In this document: positions 20,340-29,685 of the stretch, in pieces
Position numbering within the stretch: position 1 is the first letter of the stretch
How the letters are laid out: the number at the start of each line of letters is the position of its first letter
Notes under the pieces: model-generated
What the model was told of the DNA's origin: nothing
Database searches by the model: none
Seen by the model: only the letters and a program-made list of their open reading frames with translations
Program-made: the position numbers and the translations under genes
Source: an uncultured Gemmatimonadaceae bacterium
GTDB taxonomy: Bacteria > Gemmatimonadota > Gemmatimonadetes > Gemmatimonadales > Gemmatimonadaceae
Length of the DNA stretch: 64,000 bases
Direction: 5' to 3'
NCBI GenBank assembly: GCA_963761305.1
Contig: CAVXGK010000001.1
Coordinates: 1,280,001-1,344,000, forward strand

Positions 20340-20407
20340 GTCGCGCCGCGTTACCTATGTTCTGACCGCCGATACAGCTCCCACTCCCCCCTCCCGCCCA
20401 CCGTCAC

Positions 20408-22286
20408 ATGCGACGTCTTCGATGGATGCTCGTTCAGGCGCTGGCCGTTCTCGCGCCGTTCGTCGTGCGGGCGCAGAGCAGCGACTGGCCCACTGTTCAG
20501 CTTCGAGGAAGTGATGATTCCGGTGCGCGATGGAGCGCATTTGCAGACGGTCGTCCTTCGTCCGACCGGGCACCCGGAGCCGCTGCCGATCCTGCTCACG
20601 CGGACACCGTATGGTGTGCCGAGCGCGGCACCGACCAGCATGCGCGGGAACCTGCGCGAGTTGATGGCCGATGGGTACATCCTCGTCATTCAGAACCTTC
20701 GCGGCCGATTCAAGTCGGAGGGAACGTTCCTCCTCTCGTCCGCCGTGAATCTCGCCGACAAGTCGCCGAAGAACGTCAACGAGACCACCGACGCGTACGA
20801 TACGATCGATTGGCTCGTCAAGAACGTTCCGAACAACAACGGCAACGTCGGGATGTACGGCGTCTCGTACGACGGCCTCACAGCGGGAATGACGCTCCTC
20901 ATGCCGCATCCGGCCCTCAAGGCGATCAGCGAGCAAGCGTCGCCCGCCGACCAGTGGATGAACGACGACAATCATCGCTACGGCGCGTTGCGCGAGAGTT
21001 ACAACTTCGAGTACGCGGTGATGGAACAGGCGAGCAAGACGGCCAACACCCATTTCGACTTCGGCACGTACGACGGCTACGAGTGGTACCTCAGGCTCGG
21101 GCCGCTGTCGAACATCAACGCGAAGTATCTCCACAATTCCATTCCGGCCTGGAACGAAACGGTCGAGCATCCCAACTACGACGCATTCAACAAGCGTGAA
21201 GCGTGGTACACGCAGATCAAGGGTTCGACGGTCCCGAACCTGAACGTCGCCGGCTTCTGGGATCAGGAAGACCCGTGGGGTCCGTGGGCAATTTTTCATC
21301 AGGCCGAGAAGAACGACCCCGATCACACGAACTTCATGGTCGCGGGTCCGTGGTACCACGGCTCGTGGCAGAGCGTGAAGAACGACAGCATCGGGATCAT
21401 CCCGCTGGGCGGCCACGAAACCGCGCGAGAGTTTCGAGAGAACATCGAGGCGCCGTTCTTCCGCTACTATCTGCACGGCAAGGGCACGAAGCCGGCGTGG
21501 CGCGCGACGACCTTCCAGACTGGATCGAACTCGTGGAAGACGTACGACGCCTGGCCGCCGCGCGCGGCGAAGCTCACCGACTTGTATCTCCACACCGACG
21601 GCACGCTGTCGTTCGACAAGCCGAGTGGCGGCGCCGCCTTCCGCGAGTTCGTGTCGGATCCGGCGCATCCCGTCCCGTACCGCCAGCGACCGATCTCCCC
21701 GACATATCCCGCCGGCGACTGGCGCCTCTGGGAAGTCGCCGACCAACGTTTCGTCGACGGCAGGCCGGACGTGCTCACCTACACCAGCGCGCCGCTCGAT
21801 CACGACATCACCGTCACCGGTGCGCTCTCGGCGACGCTCTTCGCGGCGACGTCGGGGACTGACGCCGATTTCGTCGTTAAGCTCATCGACGTCTATCCCG
21901 ACAGCGCGCAGGCGAACGCGTGGAATCCCGACGCGGGACCGCCGCCCAACGCGTACGCACGATCGCTCAACGGCTACGAGCTGCCCATCGCCATGGAGGT
22001 TCGACGCGGCCGCTTCCTGGCGAGCTTCGAAACGCCGCATCCGCTCGTGGCGAACAAGCCGACCGAGTGGCCAATCCCGTTGCGCGAGCACGATCACGTG
22101 TTCCTCAAGGGACATCGCATCATGGTGCAGGTGCAGTCGACCTGGTTCCCGATCATCGATCGCAATCCGCAGACGTTCATGCCCAGCATCTTCGACGCGA
22201 AAGCGAGCGACTTCGTGAAGGCCACACAGCGCGTATACGGAACGGCGAGTCTGCCGTCGCGCATCACGCTGCCCGTCGTTCCCTGA
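20408..22286 (+). CDS. CocE/NonD family exported serine hydrolase (+1 frameshift near 20490)
   Basis: Signal peptide MRRLRWMLVQALAVLAPFVVRAQ, then MIPVRDG, LTRTPY, GVSYDG, GPWYHG and VQVQSTWFP..DRNPQ. Confidence 0.9.
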
Positions 22287-22294
22287 CCGCCCCG

Positions 22295-23593
22295 ATGGCC
22301 ACGCAGAGCGTCGCGCTCGACGCGGCGTCGACGCGCACGAAGCTCAACCGACAACAGATCGTCGGCTTCTGGGCCGCGTGGTCCGGCTGGCTGCTCGACG
22401 GCATGGACTCGGTGATCTACGCGCTGGTGCTCGCGCCGGCGCTCACCGAGTTGCTGCCGCGCTCCGGAATGCAGGCGACGCCCGCCAACATTGGATTCGT
22501 CGGCTCGATTCTCTTCGCGATGTTTCTCGCCGGCTGGGGCTTCTCGTTTCTCTGGGGCCCGATCGCCGACCGGTTCGGCCGCACGCGTTCGCTCGCCGCG
22601 ACGATCCTTGTCTACGCGCTCTTCACCGGCGCCGCGGCATTCGCGCAGAACGTGTGGCAGCTCGGCGCGTTTCGCTTGCTCGCCGGAATCGGCGTCGGCG
22701 GCGAGTGGGCGATGGCCGGCACATACGTCGCCGAGGCGTGGCCGGAAGATCGTCGCAAGATGGGCGCGGGTTACCTGCAAACCGGCTACTACTTCGGCTT
22801 CTTCCTCGCGGCAGCGCTCAACTTCACCGTCGGCGCGCGCTTCGGGTGGCGCGCGATGTTCCTGTGCGGTTTCGTGCCGGTGATCGTCTCGGTGCTCACG
22901 CTGCGCCGCGTAAAAGAGCCGGAACGCTGGAAGCGGCAGGAATCCGAAGCGAAACGCGCGCATCCGCTCGCCGAGATCTTCGCACCGAGATACCGCCGAC
23001 GCACGCTGGTCAACGCGACGCTGCTCACCGTCGCGATCATCGGGCTGTGGGCGGCCGCTGTCTACGAGCCGGCCGCGATCACCACGCTGGCGAAGAAAGC
23101 CGGCATCGTCGGGCCCGCCGCCGCCAAGCTCGTGTCGCTCGGCACCGGCGTACTGTCGATCGGCACGATACTCGGCTGCATCTGCTTGCCGGTGTTCGCC
23201 GAGCGATGGGGTCGGAAGACGACGCTGGCGCTGTACTTCGCCGGCATGCTGGTCACGATTCCGCTCGCGTTCGGCTGGGCGTTTTATCTCGACGACGGGC
23301 TCACCCCGTTCATCGTGATTCTGTTCTTCATGGGATTCGCCGGCGGCAACTTCACGGCGTTCAGCCTCTGGCTGCCGGAACAGTACGACACGCGCGTTCG
23401 CGCTACGGCGTTCGCGTTCTCGACGAGCGTCGGCCGATTCGTCGGCGCGGGAGTCAACTTCGTGATTGCGTCGATGGTGCTGCGCATGGGAACGCTCGGG
23501 ACGCCCGTCGCGCTCACGGCGATCGCGTTCGCCGTCGGGATCCTGATCGTTCCGCTGGCTATCGAGACGACGGGTCAGACGCTTCCGGAGTAA
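22295..23593 (+). CDS. MFS transporter
   Basis: GWLLDGMD, GPIADRFGR (motif A), GIGVGGEW and PEQYDTRVRAT; about 12 TM segments. Confidence 0.92.
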   Translation: MATQSVALDAASTRTKLNRQQIVGFWAAWSGWLLDGMDSVIYALVLAPALTELLPRSGMQATPANIGFVGSILFAMFLAGWGFSFLWGPIADRFGRTRSLAATILVYALFTGAAAFAQNVWQLGAFRLLAGIGVGGEWAMAGTYVAEAWPEDRRKMGAGYLQTGYYFGFFLAAALNFTVGARFGWRAMFLCGFVPVIVSVLTLRRVKEPERWKRQESEAKRAHPLAEIFAPRYRRRTLVNATLLTVAIIGLWAAAVYEPAAITTLAKKAGIVGPAAAKLVSLGTGVLSIGTILGCICLPVFAERWGRKTTLALYFAGMLVTIPLAFGWAFYLDDGLTPFIVILFFMGFAGGNFTAFSLWLPEQYDTRVRATAFAFSTSVGRFVGAGVNFVIASMVLRMGTLGTPVALTAIAFAVGILIVPLAIETTGQTLPE

Positions 23594-23638
23594 ATCGAAG
23601 CCGGGCGCGGCGGCATGCTGCTTGACCTTATAGTCGGC

Positions 23639-24445
23639 ATGAGCTCGACAAGCGCGCGCGCCGTATCGAAACCAAAATCGCGAAGGCCGCGGGCGACCTG
23701 GAAGGACTGGGTCCGCGTCGCCATTCCCGTAGTGCTGCTCGCCGGTCTCGTCATCGCCGGGTGGCAGCTCGGCTACTTCGACTTGAAGAAACCCGACGCG
23801 CTCCATGACGCAGCGCGACGCGCGCGCGGAATTCCATGGCTCGCTCCGATGCTCATCGCGGTGTACGCGTCGCTGGCCGCGCTCGCGGCGCCCGTGTCGC
23901 CGCTCGCCTACGGCGCGGGCGCCGTGTTCGGCGTCGTCGAAGGGTCGATCATCGTGTGGACGGCGTCGATGATCGGCAGCGCGGCGGGCTACACGCTGGC
24001 GCGCACCGTGTGGTCGGAATCGGCGCGAAGGTTGCTCGGGCGCCACGAAGACAAGTTTCGGAAGCTGCGAGACGGAAACACGTTCCTCACGGTGCTCCGT
24101 GTGCAGCTTCTGCCGGTCGTGCCGTTTGGCTTGCTCACGTACGCCGCTGGAACGGCTCGACTTCCATTTTTCTCGTATTGGCTCGCGAGCGGACTCGGGA
24201 TCATCCCGTCGACGATCGCGGCCGTGTACGTGGGCGATCGTTTGCGCGCCGGCGTTCGTGAAAGCGGCGGCCACCCGTTCGCGGTGGCCGCCGCCGTCAT
24301 GGCCGCGGTGACGCTGTTGTCGTTTCTTCCGACGCTGTTCGCGAAGAGAAGAGAGAGGCGGCCGATTACTCGCGCAGCGCCTCCATTGGGTCGACGCGAA
24401 TCGCCCGTCGCGCCGGCACGAGACACGCCGCCGCGGCAACGGTGA
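23639..24445 (+). CDS. TVP38/TMEM64 (DedA/VTT) membrane protein
   Basis: GAGAVFG...GSAAGYTLAR and LRVQLLPVVPFGLLTYAAG...GIIPST. The 3' end overlaps the convergent gene by 80 bp. Confidence 0.85.
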   Translation: MSSTSARAVSKPKSRRPRATWKDWVRVAIPVVLLAGLVIAGWQLGYFDLKKPDALHDAARRARGIPWLAPMLIAVYASLAALAAPVSPLAYGAGAVFGVVEGSIIVWTASMIGSAAGYTLARTVWSESARRLLGRHEDKFRKLRDGNTFLTVLRVQLLPVVPFGLLTYAAGTARLPFFSYWLASGLGIIPSTIAAVYVGDRLRAGVRESGGHPFAVAAAVMAAVTLLSFLPTLFAKRRERRPITRAAPPLGRRESPVAPARDTPPRQR

Positions 24446-27035
24446 GCAACACAGCCGCCGCCGCCCCGAGCATCGCCGGATCGGTCGGTCCGACGCCAAA
24501 CAACAGCGTTCGCAAATAGCGCGTCGTCGCCAGCGCGCCGATCAAACCGATCGCCACGCCCACGACGGCGAGACCGAGTCCGCGCGCGAGCACCATGCGC
24601 AGCAGATCTCCGGGCGTCGCGCCGAGTGCGCTGCGCAACCCGATCTCTCGCGTGCGCTCGGCCACGCTTCCCGCCAACACGCCGTAGATGCCGGCCGCTG
24701 AGAGCAACAACGCCAGCATCGCGAACGCGCCGAACAACGTCAGCGCCAGCGATCGCTGCGCCGCCGACGAGGCGACGACGACGTCCATCGTCCGGACGTC
24801 GGTGACGGGCTGCGACGGATCGACGGCGGCGACCGCGGCGCGAAGCTGCTGTGCGAGCGCCGCCGAGCTCGCCCGTGCGCGCGCAACTAGGATCACGTCG
24901 CCGTTGGTCCAGCCCCACGAGGATTCGGGAACGTAGACGGCGCGCTGGTCGTCGCCGTCAAGCGATTGGTGATGAACGTCGGCGGCGACGCCCACCACCG
25001 TTGCCCATTGCTGGCGCGCGTTGGGAACATGGATCCGTTTGCCGATCACGTTCACGTAGCCCCATATCGACCGGGCCAGCGTCGTGCTGACGATCGCGAC
25101 CGACGACGACGTGTCGCGCGCGTCCGCGTCGGTAAAGTCGCGGCCTGCCTCGAGGCGAATGCGCATCACGTTCAGGTAATCGCCGACAACGCGATACCCG
25201 GTCGCGTAGGGCGCCAACTCCGGATTCGCGAGCGGTTTGTCCTGCGCCGAGATCCCGTACTGATCGATGTTCCCGCCAAGGGGAAGCGACGTCGTTTCCG
25301 CGGCGTCGACGACGCCGGGAACCGTTCGCGCCGCGTCGATGATACGTTGCCGGAAGTCGAGCGCCGCGGCGCTCGACGCGTACCGCGGACCCGACGACTC
25401 GACCTGCATCGTAATCAGGTTGCTCGGATCGAATCCCGGATCGACGGCGAGCAATCGTGTCAAGCTGCGCGCGAGCAAACCGGCGCTGGCGAGGAGCAGC
25501 AGCGCGAGCGCCATTTCGGCGACGACGAGAGTCGAACGCGTGCGGTGGTGATCCGTTCCGCTCACGCGACCCGCCCCGCGCAGTGCGCCGGAATACAGCA
25601 CTCGCTTGCGTGCCCCGCGCGCCGGAACGATGCCGAGCACGATCGCCAGCGGGACGACGATCGCCGCCACGACGACGGGCGCGGCGAAATCGAAATGAAT
25701 CACGTCGATGCGCGGGAACGAGCGCGGCAGGCGCGCGACGAGGAGCGGCAGCGTCGCCCAGCCGAGTGCGACCCCGAGCGCTCCACCCGCCGCGGCGATC
25801 ACGAGTCCCTCGGCGGCGAGCTGTTGGGCGAGCCGCGCCGCCCCGGCGCCGAGCGCGAGTCGAACGCCGAATTCCGCGTCGCGGCGAACCGCGCGCGCTA
25901 GTTGCAGGTTGACGACGTTCGCCACGGCGATCAACAGCACCAGCACGACGGCCCCGGCGATCGCGTAGAGCGCCGGGCGCACCGTACCCGTGACGTGTTC
26001 CTGCATCTGTTGCACGAACATTCCGGCCGCAGGGTACTCCTTCGGATAGGCCGCGAAGAGTTGTGCGGAGATCTGATTCAATTCGGCGGCTGCGCGCTCG
26101 CGGGATACGCCGTCGCGGATGCGCGCGATCGCCGTGAGGTGGCGGCACGACCGGCACGCCCACGGTTGGCCGGCGGCGTAACCGAGCGGCGTATAGATCT
26201 GCGCGCCGGTCTGCTGCACGTCTTCGTACGATTTCGGTAGCACCCCGACCACGGTCCGCGGAGTTCCGTCGAGCTGAATCGCGCGTCCCACGATCGTCGA
26301 GTCCGCGGCGAACCGGCGCGCCCACAATCCATAGGTGAGCAGGACGACCTTCGCACCGCCGAACGACGTGGGTTGAAGCGGCTTGTCTTCGTCGGCCGTG
26401 AAATCCCGGCCGAGCATCGGGCGCACGCCGAGCGTGCGGAAGTAGTTCCACGTGACGCGCGAGCCGCTGAGGCGTTCGGGTGAGCTCGGAACGGACAGCG
26501 TCGTCGTCCAGAACGAAACCGCGGCGACCGAAGCGAGCGTCGTCGTGTGCGCGCGGACGTCCTGCACGGTGGCGAACCCCGTCGTCACCTGACCTCCGCT
26601 CTGATCGCGCTCCCAGATGTACGCCAGGCGATCGGGATGCTCATATGGAAGCGAGCGAATGAGGAGCGGATCGACGACACTGAAGATCGCCGTCGTCGGA
26701 CCGATGGCGAGAGCGAGCGTCACCGCACAGAGCGAGGCGAACGCCGGAGCGCGCCGCAGCAAACGCGCGGCGTGGCGGAGGTCGGAGAAGAACGACGACA
26801 CGAGGTCCTCCTGATGACGCGCGCGCCGCAGGCCGGCGAGAGAGCCGAAGTGGCGGATCGCGACGAGGGTTTCCCACCAGAGCCGCGCGTGCGCGACCAG
26901 GGCGCCGCGGAACGCGGCGTCGCTATAGAAGCGCTCGACCAGGTCGCCGACGATCGCGTCGCGCACGTCGGGGCGAATGACGCGATCGAGAAGACGAAGC
27001 GCGAGCCGCGGCTCGCGACGCGCGGCGTTGGTCAC
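24366..27035 (-). CDS. ADOP family duplicated ABC permease (MacB/FtsX x2)
   Basis: IVGDLVE prefix, DLRHAARLLRRAP, TAIFSVVD, LLIAVANVVNL, RTREIGLRSALGA and PARRAIRVDPMEALRE. Confidence 0.93.
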   Translation of the reverse strand: MTNAARREPRLALRLLDRVIRPDVRDAIVGDLVERFYSDAAFRGALVAHARLWWETLVAIRHFGSLAGLRRARHQEDLVSSFFSDLRHAARLLRRAPAFASLCAVTLALAIGPTTAIFSVVDPLLIRSLPYEHPDRLAYIWERDQSGGQVTTGFATVQDVRAHTTTLASVAAVSFWTTTLSVPSSPERLSGSRVTWNYFRTLGVRPMLGRDFTADEDKPLQPTSFGGAKVVLLTYGLWARRFAADSTIVGRAIQLDGTPRTVVGVLPKSYEDVQQTGAQIYTPLGYAAGQPWACRSCRHLTAIARIRDGVSRERAAAELNQISAQLFAAYPKEYPAAGMFVQQMQEHVTGTVRPALYAIAGAVVLVLLIAVANVVNLQLARAVRRDAEFGVRLALGAGAARLAQQLAAEGLVIAAAGGALGVALGWATLPLLVARLPRSFPRIDVIHFDFAAPVVVAAIVVPLAIVLGIVPARGARKRVLYSGALRGAGRVSGTDHHRTRSTLVVAEMALALLLLASAGLLARSLTRLLAVDPGFDPSNLITMQVESSGPRYASSAAALDFRQRIIDAARTVPGVVDAAETTSLPLGGNIDQYGISAQDKPLANPELAPYATGYRVVGDYLNVMRIRLEAGRDFTDADARDTSSSVAIVSTTLARSIWGYVNVIGKRIHVPNARQQWATVVGVAADVHHQSLDGDDQRAVYVPESSWGWTNGDVILVARARASSAALAQQLRAAVAAVDPSQPVTDVRTMDVVVASSAAQRSLALTLFGAFAMLALLLSAAGIYGVLAGSVAERTREIGLRSALGATPGDLLRMVLARGLGLAVVGVAIGLIGALATTRYLRTLLFGVGPTDPAMLGAAAAVLLTVAAAACLVPARRAIRVDPMEALRE

Positions 27036-27355
27036 GACGCGTCCAGCCCGACGTCGAGGCCGGCCGCCATGCGGCGCAGCGCGATCAGATTCTGCCGCAA
27101 CGCGCGCTTCCCCACCGCCGTCACCGAGTAGTAGCGCTTGGCCCGTCCGCCGCGTTCGGCCGTCGGTTCGCCGACGTGCGACGCGACGAGGCCCTTTGTC
27201 TCGAGACGTGAGAGCGCCTTGTAGATCGTGCCCAGCGTGAGATCGCGCCGCGCACGCTGCCGGACCTCCTGCTGTACCGGCACGCCATACGCGTGGTCGC
27301 CGGATTGGAGGACGGCCAGCAGGACGATCTGCTCGAGGTCGCCGAGGGGTTCCAT
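27032..27355 (-). CDS. PadR family transcriptional regulator
   Basis: LGDLEQIVLLAV...AYGVPV...GTIYKALSRLETKGLV...ERGGRAKRYY; stop overlaps the ADOP start. Confidence 0.93.
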   Translation of the reverse strand: MEPLGDLEQIVLLAVLQSGDHAYGVPVQQEVRQRARRDLTLGTIYKALSRLETKGLVASHVGEPTAERGGRAKRYYSVTAVGKRALRQNLIALRRMAAGLDVGLDAS

Positions 27356-27449
27356 AGTTGGTTTGTTAGACAATGCCGGGGAAATAAAGGTTGGGTCGCA
27401 TTGTGGCAAGGGGGTCTCCCTGCGCGGCCGGCTAGTGAAAAGAACCGCT

Positions 27450-27716
27450 CCACCGCGGAGACGCAGAGAACGCAGAGGACGACCGGGATAGCCAAAGTTC
27501 GTCGCGCAATGACCGGCTCTTTGGGAACCGCCGCTCGGGAAGCCACCCACCCCGTGAGGGGTCTCGGCGGAGACACTGGAGCATCCCGAGCGGCGGTTCA
27601 CAAAGACGTCCCGGCTCGTTGGGCGCGGAGACCGACTTCGCGGCCGTTCTCTGCGTCTCCGCGTTCTCTGCGGTCTCTGCGTCGAAGCAGTCGAGTTGCT
27701 GTTGTTGTTGTTGCCG
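27450..27716. repeat. Long palindromic intergenic element (REP/MITE-like or structured RNA)
   Basis: Perfect 19-bp arms 27454-27472/27645-27663 and perfect 16-bp inner arms 27525-27540/27584-27599; apical ACCCC-GTGA-GGGGT hairpin; trailing (GTT)n. Confidence 0.8.
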
Positions 27717-27824
27717 CCGGGGCGGCGGGCGGATCTTGGATACGGACCGTCCGGATAACGAAATCGCGGTTCGATCGTTTTCTTACGGTAGCGGACAGGA
27801 TCCAAACGCCCGGAGCTCACTAGA

Positions 27825-28961
27825 GTGAAGAAGCTGTTCTACCTCGGATTGCTCGCCCTCGTGCTCTTCGAGCTGGCCAACGTGTACTTCATCATGCCGA
27901 TGCCGTTCAGCCAGCGCGTGCGGAGCATCGACGTCGCGTACTTCCTCCACCAGTGGCGCTGGTGGTTTCGCGGCGCGCTCGGGCTCGTGATCGCGGTGGG
28001 AGCCGTCGCCGTGGTTCGAGCGCCGGGGTGGAAGCGTTTGCTGGCGGTGCCGGCGCTCGGCGCGGCAGCCTACGTGGCCTACGCGGCCAACTACGTGCTC
28101 GTCGCCGACCGGATCTTCCTCCCGATCACGCGGCTCGAAATGGCTCCCGTCGCGCAGAACGTGGTCGAGCCGGGACGACTCATCGTCGGCGTCGACCTCG
28201 GCGGCGAGGCACGGGCCTATCCGATTCGATTCATCGGCTATCACCACCAGGTTCGCGACACCGTCGACGGCATCCCGATCCTCGTGAGCTTCTGCACCGT
28301 GTGCCGCACCGGTCGCGTGTTCAGCCCGACCGTCGACGGAAGGAGTGAGACGTTCCGCCTTGTCGGCATGGATCACTTCAACGCGATGTTCGAAGATTCG
28401 ACCACCGGCAGCTGGTGGCGCCAGGCGACCGGCGAAGCCGTGGTGGGCCCGCGGAAGGGACTCGCGCTGCGACAGATTCCCAGCATGCAGATGCCGCTGT
28501 CGCGGTGGCTCGCGCTGCATCCACGCTCGCTCATCATGCAGCCCGACTCGACGTTCATCGAGCGGTACGCCAAGAGCTTCGACTACGAGACGGGCTTGAG
28601 CCGCTCGCCGCTCACCGGCACCGACACCGTGTCGTGGCACGACAAGGCGTGGGTCGTCGGCATCACCGTCAAAGGCGAGAGCAAAGCGTACGACTGGAAC
28701 CGTCTGCGCCGAGAGAACGTGGTGAACGACGTCCTCGGCGGACGGCCGATCGTGCTCGCGCTGGCGCAGGATCGGGCGAGCTTCTTCGCGTTCGAGCGAC
28801 CCGACAGCCTGCGATACGCGTTGCGCGGCGATTCGCTCGTGGCGAAGGGCCGCGTCTACTCGCTCGCCGGCACCGGATCAATCGGCTTGAAGCCGATCTT
28901 CGCGTCGCAGGAATTCTGGCACAGCTGGCGGACTTTTCATCCGGACACGAAGACCTATTGA
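27825..28961 (+). CDS. DUF3179 family membrane-anchored protein
   Basis: ARAYPIRFIGYHHQVRD, FCTVCRTG, DSTTGSWWRQATGEAVVGP and FWHSWRTFHPDT. Confidence 0.88.
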   Translation: MKKLFYLGLLALVLFELANVYFIMPMPFSQRVRSIDVAYFLHQWRWWFRGALGLVIAVGAVAVVRAPGWKRLLAVPALGAAAYVAYAANYVLVADRIFLPITRLEMAPVAQNVVEPGRLIVGVDLGGEARAYPIRFIGYHHQVRDTVDGIPILVSFCTVCRTGRVFSPTVDGRSETFRLVGMDHFNAMFEDSTTGSWWRQATGEAVVGPRKGLALRQIPSMQMPLSRWLALHPRSLIMQPDSTFIERYAKSFDYETGLSRSPLTGTDTVSWHDKAWVVGITVKGESKAYDWNRLRRENVVNDVLGGRPIVLALAQDRASFFAFERPDSLRYALRGDSLVAKGRVYSLAGTGSIGLKPIFASQEFWHSWRTFHPDTKTY

Positions 28962-29392
28962 CTCCGGCGGGGCGCGGGCCGTTCGAGCACGAGGTCCTTG
29001 TATTCCGGATGCCGCGCGATGTACTCGGTGACGAACGGGCACTTGACGACGACCCGCACGCCGCGCGCGCGCGCGAGGTCGAGCCCGGTTCGCGCCAGTC
29101 GGGACGCCAAGCCGCGGCCGGCGAGTGCCGGTGGCACTTCCGTGTGGATGAGCACGAAGGTGCCGTCGTGCAGCACCTGATATCGTAGATAGGCGAGCCC
29201 TTCGAGTGCCGACGCCTCGAAGCGCGACTCCTTCTCGTTGTTCGTGATCTCGATTGTATCAGTCGAGGTCGGGGGGGCCACGGCGCCGTGCGCGCCGATA
29301 ACCGCCGTCCAGCTCGGCGCGTCGCTTGCTGGGAAAGACTCTTCGGATGTCTCGTCCACGTCGTCGGGGCGGACTGGGCCGGGTTTGCTCAT
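28955..29392 (-). CDS. GNAT family acetyltransferase (YjdJ/Acetyltransf_CG-like) with an N-terminal ESFPASD peptide
   Basis: LIHTEVPPALAGRGLASRL...VVKCPFVTEYIARHPEY; N-terminal VDETSEESFPASDAPSWT. Confidence 0.88.
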   Translation of the reverse strand: MSKPGPVRPDDVDETSEESFPASDAPSWTAVIGAHGAVAPPTSTDTIEITNNEKESRFEASALEGLAYLRYQVLHDGTFVLIHTEVPPALAGRGLASRLARTGLDLARARGVRVVVKCPFVTEYIARHPEYKDLVLERPAPRRSQ

Positions 29393-29418
29393 AGGCGAAT
29401 CACTTCGAAGGGGGCGTG

Positions 29419-29610
29419 ATGCATATCATCGATGTCTCGACCACGTGTCCATTCTGCGGCGGGACGGCGTCTCTGATGCGCGCCGAGTCGCACGCGACAA
29501 ACGCCGCCCTCACTAAGCAATTTCGCGGCACAACGGTTCGATGCATACACGTAGGCTGCGAAAAACCCTTCGCGGTGCGGCGCGGCGACCTCAAGATCCG
29601 GCGCGAATAG
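29419..29610 (+). CDS. Small C4 zinc-finger protein
   Basis: GAAGGGGG SD; MHIIDVSTTCPFCGGTA...VRCIHVGCEKPF; fills the gap between flanking genes. Confidence 0.65.
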   Translation: MHIIDVSTTCPFCGGTASLMRAESHATNAALTKQFRGTTVRCIHVGCEKPFAVRRGDLKIRRE

Positions 29611-29625
29611 CGGCACGACGCGCGC

Positions 29626-29664
29626 CGAAACGAACAGCGGCGCCGGTCCGAGGACCGGCGCCGC
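29626..29664 (-). terminator. Intrinsic terminator of the DUF305-LVIVD operon
   Basis: 13-bp inverted repeat GCGGCGCCGGTCC/GGACCGGCGCCGC (29637-29664), followed on the minus strand by TGTTCGTTT, about 20 nt after the stop at 29686. Confidence 0.75.
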
Positions 29665-29685
29665 CTCGGTTACCTCACCTCGTGA

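Noticed and set aside
22094..24499. Long antisense ORFs (for example 22094..24499, 60216..62483, 51090..52961)
   Set aside because: Arg/Ala-rich shadow frames opposite well-supported genes, typical of high-GC DNA.
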